NCBI GenBank assembly: GCA_023379265.1
Contig: JAMCUI010000009.1
Location: 167,802 to 231,801 of the forward strand
Direction: 5' to 3'
Origin: Patescibacteria group bacterium
Lineage (GTDB): Bacteria > Patescibacteriota > Microgenomatia > 2-02-FULL-39-11
Length of the DNA stretch: 64,000 nucleotides
Shown: positions 37,915 to 47,867 of the stretch, in pieces
How the letters are laid out: every line of letters starts with the position of its first letter
How positions within the stretch are numbered: position 1 is the first letter of the stretch
Position numbers and translations under genes: made by a program
Notes under the pieces: generated by a model
The model's input: the letters and a program-made list of their open reading frames with translations, nothing else
The model's database searches: none
Told to the model about the DNA's origin: nothing

Positions 37915-38553
37915 ATGACTGACAAGTTGAGATGGGTTTTTATCAGATTAGCATTAATCCTTATACTGTGCTTTTTCTTCCTAAGCATACTGGTAAACAG
38001 AGATATTTTCCGCACTTTTGATTACAATTTTCTTCTTGTTCTCCAAAATCACTTGAGTAGATTATTTGATATACCCTTTTCTTTGTTTTCACTAGCAGGC
38101 TCAACGGAAGCGACAATTTTAATTTTAATATTGTTGTATTTTTATTTCCTATTCAAAAGGCATCATATTTTTATAGGAATGGCTCTTTATTTTCTTATTT
38201 TTGTCGTTGAAGTTTTCGGCAAAATGTATATAAACCATCCTGTCACGCCTGAAGTGTTCCATAGATACGCCTTGAGTTTCAGCTTGCCGAGCGGTTCGAT
38301 AATTGATACAAATTTTTCCTATCCTTCAGGGCATATGGCTAGAACTTCCTATATAGCTATTATTGCTTTTTTTATAGTTTTTACGTCCGGGTGGAGTAAA
38401 AGAATGAAGAAAATAATAGTTTTATTAATATTTTCTTTTATGATTATGATGTTTATCAGTAGGATTTATCTTGCTGAACACTGGATATCGGATGTATTGG
38501 GAGGGATGCTTTTAGGGGCAGGAATAGCTTTTGCTTCCCTCAGTTTCTGGTAA
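37915..38553 (+). CDS. PAP2 family lipid phosphatase (undecaprenyl-pyrophosphate phosphatase-like)
   Basis: SYPSGHMARTS (PSGH) and SRIYLAEHWISDVLGG (SRxxxxxHxxxD) PAP2 motifs, 5-6 TM helices. Confidence 0.7.
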   Translation: MTDKLRWVFIRLALILILCFFFLSILVNRDIFRTFDYNFLLVLQNHLSRLFDIPFSLFSLAGSTEATILILILLYFYFLFKRHHIFIGMALYFLIFVVEVFGKMYINHPVTPEVFHRYALSFSLPSGSIIDTNFSYPSGHMARTSYIAIIAFFIVFTSGWSKRMKKIIVLLIFSFMIMMFISRIYLAEHWISDVLGGMLLGAGIAFASLSFW

Positions 38554-39256
38554 AAATATGAATGACTATTCTAGTTTAATCAGGCCTTTTTTGGACGAAT
38601 ATCTGAGGATGGAAATTAATGGAATAGAGATTGCATGTCCTTACTGGATGAATAAGATAAGAAAAGGAAAGGTGGTACTGAGGGGATTTGCCAACGGAAA
38701 GGGAACTGCAGGCGAAATAAAAAAAGAGATTCTAAGGAATATAAATTTGCAGGCATGTATGAACGATAAAAGCAGTTTATACAAGCTGGCTAAAAGGGAA
38801 AGGATCGGTATTGACTGTTCAGGATTGTCATACAGAATATTGGATAAGCTTTTGGATATGGGTTATGCAAAAGAAATAAAGCAGGGATTTTCCTTAAATG
38901 AAGTATTTTCCGGAGGAATTGATAGAACCAATGTAATAAGATTTACAAGTAGTGAATACGCCGTTCAAGTAGAGAAGATTTCAGAAGTTAAATTGGGTGA
39001 TGTCATACGCATGATGAGAGGTAAGCATATGCTTGTCATACTTACAAAAAATAGCACGGAAATAAAATATATACATTCATCTAAATCAACCGAAATTTAT
39101 GGTGTTCATGAAGGGATAATAAAAATAAAAGATTGGACAGAACCTCTTGAAAAGCAAGAATGGCAAGAAATTACTCGAAAAGGTGAAAACTTTGGAAGAA
39201 GATATTTCCATCCTGAGTCAAAAGATGGAATCTATCGTTTAAGAATTTTCTCCTGA
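38531..39256 (+). CDS. NlpC/P60-like papain-fold hydrolase (tentative)
   Basis: GIDCSGLSYRI (Cys motif) followed by GDVIRMMRGKHMLVIL...IHSS (His and third catalytic residue) in the NlpC/P60 order. Confidence 0.4.
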   Translation: MLPSVSGKNMNDYSSLIRPFLDEYLRMEINGIEIACPYWMNKIRKGKVVLRGFANGKGTAGEIKKEILRNINLQACMNDKSSLYKLAKRERIGIDCSGLSYRILDKLLDMGYAKEIKQGFSLNEVFSGGIDRTNVIRFTSSEYAVQVEKISEVKLGDVIRMMRGKHMLVILTKNSTEIKYIHSSKSTEIYGVHEGIIKIKDWTEPLEKQEWQEITRKGENFGRRYFHPESKDGIYRLRIFS

Positions 39257-39258
39257 AT

Positions 39259-40695
39259 ATGGCCGTAAAGGAATTTATTGATTCTCTACATAGTAAAAAA
39301 ATACATATTGTTGGTGTTACCGGTTCTGAGGGTAGTGGAATACTTCGTTTTCTTCAGAAGAATGAGGTGCGAAACATTACGGCTCACGATTTTTCAACTT
39401 TTGAAACACTGGAAAAAAGTTACAAGCTTTGGCATAAGGGTGTCCCGAAGGATGAAAGAAAGAGAATGTTTAGTCAGTTCATGTCTGATCTTAATCTTGT
39501 TACAGGCAGATTCGGAAAAGATTATTTATCAGATATTTTGGAAGCCGATGTCATTTTTGTTCCTCAGTCCTGGAGACTTTATTCTCAAGAAAACGCTCCT
39601 TTATGGCAAGCAATAAAAAAAGGAATTCCTTTCTTTTCTCTCACCAGACTATATCTTGAATTGTCTCAGGCAACCGTTATAGGCGTGACGGGAACAGTTG
39701 GGAAAGGTAGTGTTGTAAATTTAATAGTTAACTTATTACAATCTGTGGGTAAAAGTGTCTATTTTGCGGGGAACGATACCTGGATGACTCAGATAGCCGA
39801 AAAGCTTGACGGTATGACAAATAAGGATTATCTTGTACTTGAAATTTCTCATCGTCAGCTTCAGGATGGGATAAGCCGTTGTCCTCATGTTGCGGTAATT
39901 ACTAATCTATTTCCCAACCATCAAGATGAAGTGGGTTGGGGAAAATACAAACAGTTAAAACTATCTCTTTTATCGCGTCAAACAGAAAATGATTATGTCG
40001 TGTTGAACTATGACAATTTAGAATTGAGGAATATTACTGATCAAATTAAATCGCAAATCCTATATTACAGCGTTAAATCTATAGATAAGAACAATTTAAG
40101 TATTCAAAATATGTTTCATATACTAAAGAATATAAATAGTGATCAATATTTTGAGAATATATTGGCCGCATCAACTGTAGCAAATTTATTGAATATTCCA
40201 AATGAAGAGATATTAGAATCATTAGAAGGGATTCAATCGTTACCAGCCAGACTTCAATTGATTGATACAGTGTCTGGTATAAAAATCTATGATGATATCA
40301 AAAGCACTACTCCTTGGGCGACTATGGCTGCGTTGGAAAGAATTACAAACGGCATATTTCTAATTATTGGAGGTAATACAAAAGGTATAGATTATCTGAC
40401 ATTTTTTGAAAAGATTAAAAATATGAAAGGAAATATTAAAAAAATATACGCTCTGCCAAGCCAATTATCGGATTTTTTGAAAAATAAAGGATTAGAAGAT
40501 GATTATTTGATAATTGACAATAATTTGGAATCCGCACTCAAAGATTGCTTCCTACAATCGCAAAATGGCGATTCAATTCTTGTCTCTCCGGCAGCAGCAT
40601 TTTTCTATACAAAATTTATAAAAGGGAAAAAGTCACTAAGAGATATAGTTATTTCTCTTCCTCCAAAGGGGAGAGTTGCAGAGGCTCGAGGCTAA
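39259..40695 (+). CDS. murD: Mur ligase, MurD-like (UDP-MurNAc-L-Ala:D-Glu ligase family)
   Basis: N-terminal Rossmann HIVGVTGSEGSG, ATP-site VIGVTGTVGKGSV, and a C-terminal IYDDIKSTTPWATMAAL similar to MurD NDSKATNVGATEAAL. Confidence 0.55.
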   Translation: MAVKEFIDSLHSKKIHIVGVTGSEGSGILRFLQKNEVRNITAHDFSTFETLEKSYKLWHKGVPKDERKRMFSQFMSDLNLVTGRFGKDYLSDILEADVIFVPQSWRLYSQENAPLWQAIKKGIPFFSLTRLYLELSQATVIGVTGTVGKGSVVNLIVNLLQSVGKSVYFAGNDTWMTQIAEKLDGMTNKDYLVLEISHRQLQDGISRCPHVAVITNLFPNHQDEVGWGKYKQLKLSLLSRQTENDYVVLNYDNLELRNITDQIKSQILYYSVKSIDKNNLSIQNMFHILKNINSDQYFENILAASTVANLLNIPNEEILESLEGIQSLPARLQLIDTVSGIKIYDDIKSTTPWATMAALERITNGIFLIIGGNTKGIDYLTFFEKIKNMKGNIKKIYALPSQLSDFLKNKGLEDDYLIIDNNLESALKDCFLQSQNGDSILVSPAAAFFYTKFIKGKKSLRDIVISLPPKGRVAEARG

Positions 40696-40825
40696 CAATT
40701 TCGCTTTCCGTGCCGCAAGCAGGACATTCCACTACATGTCCGGCTTTTGTATCTTGAATAATTATGAGAGGCGTGTCACATTCAGGGCATTTTGCACTGA
40801 TGCCTTTGTCCGAAGAGTCATCCAT
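40649..40825 (-). CDS. LysW/ArgW-like amino-group carrier protein (zinc ribbon, 58 aa)
   Basis: Hand translation of the minus strand gives MDDSSDKGISAKCPECDTPLIIIQDTKAGHVVECPACGTESEIVSLEPLQLSPLEEEK. It has two CPxCG knuckles and an acidic EIVSLEPLQL...EEE tail as in the LysW family. It is below the 60-aa cutoff of the ORF track and overlaps the murD-like 3' end by 47 bp. Confidence 0.5.
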   Translation of the reverse strand: MDDSSDKGISAKCPECDTPLIIIQDTKAGHVVECPACGTESEIVSLEPLQLSPLEEEK

Positions 40826-40848
40826 AATATAATTAAATCATATTTTCT

Positions 40849-41769
40849 ATGGACAGACAAGTGAAAAAAGGGATTTGGGAATACCAAAAGTTACTTCCAA
40901 AAGTAGAGAGGAATTTCCAAAAAACGTTGGATGAGGGAAGTACATCTCTAAAAAGGGAAGAAAGCATTTATTTTAAGTGCGAGTACGAAAATCCTACAGG
41001 TTCAGTAAAGGATAGAAGTCTTGCCTACCAGACTGCAGTGTTGGAAGAAAAAGGCATAAATTCCGCAGTTATCTCATCATCTGGAAATGCAGCCATATCT
41101 GCAGCCTGTTATTGCAATCTTCATGGGATCAAGTTAACGGTTTTCGTTTCTCCTAATATAAACAAAAACAAATTGGAGGTATTGAAAAAATCAGGATGTA
41201 GGTTGGAGATAAGTGATAAACCAGTAAGTAATGCTTTTAAGTATGCAAAAGAGAATAATGTATATAATCTCAGACAATCCAAAGACGAAAATGCGCTTTT
41301 CGGATATGAAACTTTAGCGTATGAACTGTTTACAGAGGGTAGTTTTGGGGAAAAGCCGGACGCAGTATTTCTGCCTGTCAGCAGTGGTACGACTCTTGTG
41401 GGCTTTTCGTTGGGATGCGAGAAGTTGGGTTACCATCCTGCTATTCATTTTGTCCAGTCGCAATCTATTCATCCTTTGGCCAGATTATATGACAGAGATT
41501 TTATTGAGAGTAAAAAAAGTGTTGCGGATGCGATTGTCGCCCGTTTTACTCCACGACAACTTCAGATATCAGATATTGTAGAGAGAAGCAAAGGTTTTGG
41601 TTGGGTTATATCTGATGAAGAGGCGGAAAGAGAACATAGATACCTTTTAGGCAAAGGTTATGACTGTTCCGTAGAAGGCGGTCTTACTTTGGGGGCGGTG
41701 AAGAAAGCGGCAAAGAATGGTTATAAATACGAGCATCCTTTGTGCGTCCTGACGGGGAAAAATTACTAA
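40849..41769 (+). CDS. threonine-synthase-like fold-type II PLP enzyme
   Basis: GIWEYQKLLP N-terminus and YENPTGSVKDRS PLP-lysine motif, with glycine-rich SSGNAAIS. 306 aa. Confidence 0.7.
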   Translation: MDRQVKKGIWEYQKLLPKVERNFQKTLDEGSTSLKREESIYFKCEYENPTGSVKDRSLAYQTAVLEEKGINSAVISSSGNAAISAACYCNLHGIKLTVFVSPNINKNKLEVLKKSGCRLEISDKPVSNAFKYAKENNVYNLRQSKDENALFGYETLAYELFTEGSFGEKPDAVFLPVSSGTTLVGFSLGCEKLGYHPAIHFVQSQSIHPLARLYDRDFIESKKSVADAIVARFTPRQLQISDIVERSKGFGWVISDEEAEREHRYLLGKGYDCSVEGGLTLGAVKKAAKNGYKYEHPLCVLTGKNY

Positions 41770-41782
41770 TATTCTGTTTATT

Positions 41783-43102
41783 ATGAATAAATGGCAGGAT
41801 AGTTTCTCAGATGAACAAATTTTTTACATCACTCCTGATGTAAAAAGGGGTATAGGATTAGACACTGTGTTGCCAGGTTATCACATAGTATGTTTGTATC
41901 CTGATCCTATAATTTCACCATTGAGAAAAAAAGGAGCCAATATATTTTGTCTTTCTGAAAAGGAAAGATTGGATAAGCTGGAATCTTATGCCACATCCGG
42001 AAGTCTTCTGACACATCCTTTAGTCTCCGAATATATTGAAATGCGAAGCAAACATCCAAATATTTTGGTTTTTAAGCCGTCAAAGAAAGTGGAATTTTTA
42101 TGCAGCGAAAGGGGTTATAGACTTTTGGTGAATACAAGAGAACTAAACGATCGGTTTGAAGATAAGGTGCTTTTTTATGAATTGATTAGAGACAAGATAG
42201 TGGAAAATAGTGTTCCGGGATTAACGGGTAGGTTAAAGGATATGAAGTTTGAAATGATAGTCAAGGAATTGGATCTTCCTTTTGTCGTGCAGTTTGCCCA
42301 CGGATGGGCCGGTAAGACGACGTTCTTTATCGACTCTGAAGATGGCCTTGAAAAGATAACAGACAAATTTCCTCATACGAAAGTTAAAGTAAATAAATAC
42401 ATCGAAGGCTTTACATTGTTGAATAATGTTTGTGTTTTGAGTGATGGAAATATTCTAATGAGTCCTGTTGCGTTGCAGATTGGCGGTATTCCCGAGCTGC
42501 GGGAAAAGAAAGGGGTGACCTGCGGCAGACAATGGCCGGTTGATTTTATTGAAGCTGATCAGAATAAGCTGATAACGGAAATAACTGAAAAAGTAGGAAA
42601 ATTGATGTTTATAGATGGTTTCAAAGGTTTCTTTGGATTGGATTTTATAGTGGAAAAAAATAGCGGTAAAACATATATTTCGGAATGTAACGCCAGGTTT
42701 ACCGCATCATCTGCTTTTTTTACCAGGCTTGAAGCTGATGCTGGTTTAGTGCCAATGGCCTCTTTTCATCTGGCGGCTTTTTTAGACAGAGATTATCCAT
42801 TTCACTATTCACAAGATGAGAATTTATCCGCTTCACAGCTTATCCTTCGTAATTCCGCGGTTCAACCAAAATATATTTCAGGAAGAAATTTTGGAGTTTT
42901 TGGGATGGAAGGTAAGACGGCAGTGTATTTGCGGGATGAATATGAACCTTATTTACTTGAAAAAGGAGAATTCATCTATTCCCGCCGGAGCGAACATTTT
43001 GTCAGAAGTGAAGACGCAGAAATATCTCGAATAGAAACTAAAGATAGAGTAGTTGGAAAGCCGGGTCAGTTGGGAGAGTGGATAAAGAATCTGATTATTT
43101 GA
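41783..43102 (+). CDS. ATP-grasp domain ligase
   Basis: LPFVVQFAHGWAGKTTFFI (central-domain loop) and FFGLDFIVEKNSGKTYISECNARF (E-x-N C-terminal). 439 aa. Confidence 0.6.
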   Translation: MNKWQDSFSDEQIFYITPDVKRGIGLDTVLPGYHIVCLYPDPIISPLRKKGANIFCLSEKERLDKLESYATSGSLLTHPLVSEYIEMRSKHPNILVFKPSKKVEFLCSERGYRLLVNTRELNDRFEDKVLFYELIRDKIVENSVPGLTGRLKDMKFEMIVKELDLPFVVQFAHGWAGKTTFFIDSEDGLEKITDKFPHTKVKVNKYIEGFTLLNNVCVLSDGNILMSPVALQIGGIPELREKKGVTCGRQWPVDFIEADQNKLITEITEKVGKLMFIDGFKGFFGLDFIVEKNSGKTYISECNARFTASSAFFTRLEADAGLVPMASFHLAAFLDRDYPFHYSQDENLSASQLILRNSAVQPKYISGRNFGVFGMEGKTAVYLRDEYEPYLLEKGEFIYSRRSEHFVRSEDAEISRIETKDRVVGKPGQLGEWIKNLII

Positions 43103-43104
43103 TA

Positions 43105-44379
43105 TTAAGCCCTGATAAGGAAATAGATCATGAGTGCTGAAGCGATTGCCATAAAGGCAAAAGTAATCCAGGCAATAATTCTAGACCATTTTCTGCTTTT
43201 ATATCTGCCTACAATTCTTTCGTCATCAGCTAATCTAATGATTATGGCAATAAGCGGTACGGCAATAATGCCATTTAATATTGCAGTATAGTAAAGTGCT
43301 TTAATGGCGTTTATACCAATAATATTCATAAGCGCTCCGATGACGGTTGCGAGACCGATAGTACCGTAAAATACTTTAGCTTCTGCTAGTTTTTTGGCCA
43401 GGCCTTCCTTGAAACCAAAAGCCTCAGAAAATGCATAAGCAACGCTGCCGGCTAATATAGGGACAGTTTGTAGCCCAATGCCGATGATTCCAAAAGCAAA
43501 AAGTATATAGGCGAAGTTTCCGGCAAGAGGTCTGAGCGCCAAAGCTGCCTGTTGGGGTGTTTGGATATCATGCATGCCGTGGTTATAAAGGGTGGCGGTT
43601 GTAGTGAGTATAATTGAAACTGTGATGAGGTTTGAAAAGATCATGCCGGCTATGGTATCTTTTCTCATTCGGTTTACCTCTGTTTCAATTACAGCTGGGG
43701 TTTCTTCAAATTCCTGTATCTTGCCTTCTTTTATTTCTTCTTCCACCTCTTCTGCCGCCTGCCAGAAAAAGAGATAAGGTGAGATGGTAGTGCCCAAAAA
43801 TCCGACCATAGTCATAAGATAAGTCATGTTTAATTCTATGTGAGGTATAAGTGTAAATTTGATTACATCTAGCCAATTTTGTTTTACCAGGATTGCCGTA
43901 ATACCGTATACAAGAAGAGTCAGTCCCATCCACTTGAGATATCGCGAGTATTTATCATAAGGGACAAAAACTTCCATTAGTATGGTGAAAATTGTTACCG
44001 TAAAAAGCCAGAATACAAAAGGAACTCCTAGAAGCATTTCAAGGGAAGCAGCCATAATACCAAGGTCTGCTCCGATATTTACAGTATTGGCTATAAAAAG
44101 AAGTATGATTGAAAAAAAAAGAAGTTTCTTGGAATAGTATTTTCTTATAGTTCCTGCCAGTCCCATACCAGAGACCATGCCGATCCTTCCGCACATTTCC
44201 TGAACTGCGATCATCATCGGAGTGAGGAAAAGGGAAAGAAAATTCAGGCGGTATCCAAATTGTGCTCCGGCGATAGAGTAGGTGGCAATTCCTGACGGAT
44301 CGTCATCGGCAGCACCAGTGATAAAGCCAGGTCCCAGTTTGGTAAGTTTATTCTTGATTAAAAAAAGAAATTTTCTCAT
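43105..44379 (-). CDS. mntH: NRAMP family divalent metal (Mn2+/Fe2+) transporter MntH
   Basis: GPGFITGAADDDPSGIATYS and MIAVQEMCGRIGMVSG Nramp signatures, 11 TM helices. Confidence 0.85.
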   Translation of the reverse strand: MRKFLFLIKNKLTKLGPGFITGAADDDPSGIATYSIAGAQFGYRLNFLSLFLTPMMIAVQEMCGRIGMVSGMGLAGTIRKYYSKKLLFFSIILLFIANTVNIGADLGIMAASLEMLLGVPFVFWLFTVTIFTILMEVFVPYDKYSRYLKWMGLTLLVYGITAILVKQNWLDVIKFTLIPHIELNMTYLMTMVGFLGTTISPYLFFWQAAEEVEEEIKEGKIQEFEETPAVIETEVNRMRKDTIAGMIFSNLITVSIILTTTATLYNHGMHDIQTPQQAALALRPLAGNFAYILFAFGIIGIGLQTVPILAGSVAYAFSEAFGFKEGLAKKLAEAKVFYGTIGLATVIGALMNIIGINAIKALYYTAILNGIIAVPLIAIIIRLADDERIVGRYKSRKWSRIIAWITFAFMAIASALMIYFLIRA

Positions 44380-44585
44380 ATCAATAATTATTTGAATCTT
44401 GTTATTCTAATAATTACTGATTGTTAATATATTTTCAGTCTACTCTCAGCTTTTTGCCTAATGCAATAGGAAGGTGTAATTATAACAGTTATTTTTTATA
44501 CAAAACGTGTATATTTAACTCTTTTTCAGCCAGATTTCAAGATATGAGTTTACTATTTGAATTTTTTATGAGAAAATTGTGAGCT

Positions 44586-45602
44586 ATGGAAGAGTTGGAA
44601 AAAAGACTTCAGGATGTCATTCTGAAAATGAATCTTGAAGAGAAAAAGAAGCAGATTGTAGAGATTGAAACGGCATCAGGAAACCCTGATTTTTGGAAGG
44701 ATAGGGAAAACTCTACCAAGGAGATGAAGAGACTGGCCCATCTTACTAAGCAAGTAAAGGAGATTGACGAAGTACGCAAGTTGTTAAGTGGTGGCAAGCT
44801 AGATGAAGCTAATGAAAAATTGTCATCACTGGAGATGGAACTTTATTTCTCAGGGCTTCATGACGGAGAAGGAGCAATAGTGTCCATACATGCCGGGCAG
44901 GGAGGGACGGAGGCAATGGATTGGACTGAGATGCTTATGAGAATGTATATGCGCTTTATCGAATCCAAAGGCTGGAGTTACGAGGTTATTGATTCCGTAG
45001 CGGGAGATGAAGCTGGTATAAAAAGCGTGACTTTTTCGGTCGGTGAATATTTGGCGTACGGATTTCTAAAAGGAGAGGCGGGAGTACATAGACTTGTTAG
45101 ACAATCTCCTTTTAACGCAGACAAATTGCGGCAGACTTCATTTGCACTCGTTGAGGTTATTCCCATACTCGAAAATACAGGAGAGGTGGAAATAAAGGAT
45201 GATGAATTGGAATGGGAGTTTTTCCGAAGCGGTGGTAAAGGAGGGCAAAATGTAAATAAAGTTTCAACTGCTGTAAGATTGAAACATAAACCTACCGGTA
45301 TTATTGTTGAATGCCAGGAGCAGCGTTATCAGGGACAAAATCGGGAAACTGCCCTTCGTATACTAAGGGGAAAACTATGGCAAATGATGGAGGAACAGAA
45401 AGTAAGACATCTATCTGAACTTAGGGGGAAATTCAAAATGGCTTCGTGGGGTAACCAGATTCGCTCATACGTGCTTCATCCCTACCACCTGGTGAAAGAT
45501 CTGCGAACAGGGTATGAGACTTCTGATAGTAAAAGAGTGCTCGACGGACAAATCGAGGATTTTATAATAAACTACTTGAAAAAATTCGCCACTGTCGTAT
45601 AG
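44586..45602 (+). CDS. prfB: peptide chain release factor 2
   Basis: SPF tripeptide ([14 protein letters not shown]) and [14 protein letters not shown] (GGQ). The reading frame is continuous, with no programmed +1 frameshift site. Confidence 0.85.
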   Translation: MEELEKRLQDVILKMNLEEKKKQIVEIETASGNPDFWKDRENSTKEMKRLAHLTKQVKEIDEVRKLLSGGKLDEANEKLSSLEMELYFSGLHDGEGAIVSIHAGQGGTEAMDWTEMLMRMYMRFIESKGWSYEVIDSVAGDEAGIKSVTFSVGEYLAYGFLKGEAGVHRLVRQSPFNADKLRQTSFALVEVIPILENTGEVEIKDDELEWEFFRSGGKGGQNVNKVSTAVRLKHKPTGIIVECQEQRYQGQNRETALRILRGKLWQMMEEQKVRHLSELRGKFKMASWGNQIRSYVLHPYHLVKDLRTGYETSDSKRVLDGQIEDFIINYLKKFATVV

Positions 45603-45612
45603 TATAGATTAT

Positions 45613-46095
45613 ATGAAAAGATTATTCGGTTCCAAAAGGATAAGTGTGAATGATATTCCCAGTAAGCCTTTGGTACATGAATTATCCAGTTCTGCAAACA
45701 AACCTTTTACCAAAAAATCTCTTGTAGTACTTTTAACTATTGTGGTTGCGGGTGGATTGACGGGTTATCTCTTGTCACGAGCGGTATCAAGGAGTGCTAT
45801 GGTTGGGGGTTTGCAAGGAGGATCTGTCAGTGGGGGTAAAGTGGTAGTGGGAGCAAGTAATGCCAAAAACTTCAAGGATTCTGCAGAGGGTACGCTTGAA
45901 GCCGGTGGTGTAGATGGAGAAGGGACGCATCACCTGGTCAGGCCGGGCGGTCCCAGTCAGAACGTCTACCTGACTTCTTCTGTTCTTGATCTAAATCAGT
46001 TTGTAGGGAAGAAAGTGAAGGTGTGGGGTGAGACTTTTGCAGCGCAACAAGCCGGATGGTTTATGGATGTTGGTAAGGTAGAGGTAGAGAATTAA
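45613..46095 (+). CDS. hypothetical membrane-anchored Gly-rich protein
   Basis: A single N-terminal TM helix followed by a Gly/Val-rich soluble part. No motif. Confidence 0.4.
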   Translation: MKRLFGSKRISVNDIPSKPLVHELSSSANKPFTKKSLVVLLTIVVAGGLTGYLLSRAVSRSAMVGGLQGGSVSGGKVVVGASNAKNFKDSAEGTLEAGGVDGEGTHHLVRPGGPSQNVYLTSSVLDLNQFVGKKVKVWGETFAAQQAGWFMDVGKVEVEN

Positions 46096-46217
46096 AATAG
46101 CGAACTCAGATTGTAAAAGCCGAATGATCTACGGCTACAGGAAAAGTAGTAGATTGATCAGAAAGTTTTGGTTGTAGAAAACTCGTTTTTTGGACTATAT
46201 ATATATTTTCCTCTTTT

Positions 46218-46895
46218 ATGATTCTTTTTGACTCTGTCAGCAAAAAATATTCCAGGAGTACCACTGCTCTGGATGATATCAATTTGAAAGTTGAAGATGG
46301 TGAATATGTTTTTCTGGTCGGTCCATCCGGAGCTGGTAAGACTACCATATTGCGTCTATTGATACGGGATTTATTACCAAATCATGGGACTATTCTTTTG
46401 GATGATTGGGAGATAAATAAGTTGCCAGTGAGGAAATTACCATACCTGCGCCGAAAAGTTGGATTTGTCTTTCAGGATTTTAAGCTTTTGTCGGACAGGA
46501 CTGTAGCGGAAAATATCGCCGTATCTTTGGAGATATTGGGCAAATCGCGAAGCGATATAGACAGAAGAATTGATGAGGTGCTTAAAATTGTCCATCTTGA
46601 TAGTAAGGAAAACCATTTTATAGGGCAGTTATCATATGGAGAACAGCAAAGGGTAGCAATCGGCCGTGCAATAGCCGGGGAGGCAAAGATACTTCTGGCT
46701 GACGAGCCTACAGGTAACCTGGACCCAAAAACATCATGGGAAATTCTTAAAATCATAAGCGATATAAATAAAAGCGGCACGACTGTAGTGATGGCTACCC
46801 ATAACGTGGATATAGTAAACAGTCTAAAAAAAAGAGTTGTCGTATTATCGTCTGGAAAGATAGTCCGTGATGAACACAAGGGAAAATATTCTTAA
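46218..46895 (+). CDS. ftsE: cell division ABC ATPase FtsE
   Basis: GPSGAGKTT Walker A, LSYGEQQRVAIGRA signature, ILLADEPTGNLD Walker B. Confidence 0.85.
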   Translation: MILFDSVSKKYSRSTTALDDINLKVEDGEYVFLVGPSGAGKTTILRLLIRDLLPNHGTILLDDWEINKLPVRKLPYLRRKVGFVFQDFKLLSDRTVAENIAVSLEILGKSRSDIDRRIDEVLKIVHLDSKENHFIGQLSYGEQQRVAIGRAIAGEAKILLADEPTGNLDPKTSWEILKIISDINKSGTTVVMATHNVDIVNSLKKRVVVLSSGKIVRDEHKGKYS

Positions 46896-47820
46896 TATGA
46901 CCAAAAACCGTTCAGTATCATCTATTTCTTTCTTTCAAAGGTTGCGTCGCACGCCATATCAGTCTATTGCCGCAATATTTATGATTTTTATCACCCTTTT
47001 TGTGATGGGAGTGTTTCTATTTATTGCCGGAGGGCTTTCGGGTATATTGACTTATTTTGAATCAAAGCCGCAACTGACCGTATTTTTCAAAGATGAGAAA
47101 GATAAAGCTTCTATAGATACTTTGATCGATAAATTAAAAGCAACCGGTAGGGTTGCTACTTACAAATATATATCAAAAGACCAGGCGCTTGCCATATATC
47201 GTGAACAGAACAAAAACGATCCGCTTCTATTGGAGATGGTGACGGCGGACATACTTCCTGCATCACTTGAAATATCAGCTACCTCCCCTGAGTATTTATC
47301 AGGCCTTGCAGATATAGTAAAAAAAGAACCCGGTATTGATGAGGTAGTTTTCCAGAAGGATGTTGTTGATACATTAGTATCTTGGACTTCAACGGTTAGA
47401 AAGATTGGTATAGTCTTTATATTTTTTCTTTTTATATCCACATTCTTTATACTCTTTACCAGTATAGGTATGAAGATAGCACTGAAAAAAGAAGAGATAG
47501 AGATACTGAAACTTGTTGGGGCAACTCCTTGGTATATCAGAAAACCTTTCATCTATGAAGGTGTAACTTACGGACTTATGGGCGCTACAGGAGCATGGGT
47601 GATAGTTTCTGTCATAATGCTTTATTTATCTCCTTTTATTACTTCATTTTTGAAGGGTATCCCAGCATTGCCGCTTTTGGAAATGTCGGGATTTACCCTG
47701 CAAATCTGGCCGTTTTCTCCGGCAATTTTTTTACTTCTTTGGGTGGTACTGCTTTTGTCAGGTCTTATTATCGGACTTTTTAGCAGTTTGGTAGCAGTGT
47801 CCAGATATTTGAGATATTAA
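46867..47820 (+). CDS. ftsX: cell division permease FtsX
   Basis: Four TM helices with a large first periplasmic loop. It overlaps ftsE by 29 bp. Confidence 0.8.
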   Translation: MMNTRENILNMTKNRSVSSISFFQRLRRTPYQSIAAIFMIFITLFVMGVFLFIAGGLSGILTYFESKPQLTVFFKDEKDKASIDTLIDKLKATGRVATYKYISKDQALAIYREQNKNDPLLLEMVTADILPASLEISATSPEYLSGLADIVKKEPGIDEVVFQKDVVDTLVSWTSTVRKIGIVFIFFLFISTFFILFTSIGMKIALKKEEIEILKLVGATPWYIRKPFIYEGVTYGLMGATGAWVIVSVIMLYLSPFITSFLKGIPALPLLEMSGFTLQIWPFSPAIFLLLWVVLLLSGLIIGLFSSLVAVSRYLRY

Positions 47821-47867
47821 TCAAGATTGGATATCGCGCAGTAATAATGTGATACATCTCCTTATGT

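Noticed and set aside
40676-40864. 62-aa plus-strand ORF between the murD-like gene and the ThrC-like gene
   Set aside because: It has no motif. The opposite strand encodes a clean double CPxCG zinc-ribbon with a LysW-like tail, which is the more plausible gene.
44586-45602. Expected programmed +1 frameshift in prfB
   Set aside because: The ORF is continuous from Met to the SPF and GGQ motifs with no in-frame UGA near codon 25, so there is no frameshift in this organism.
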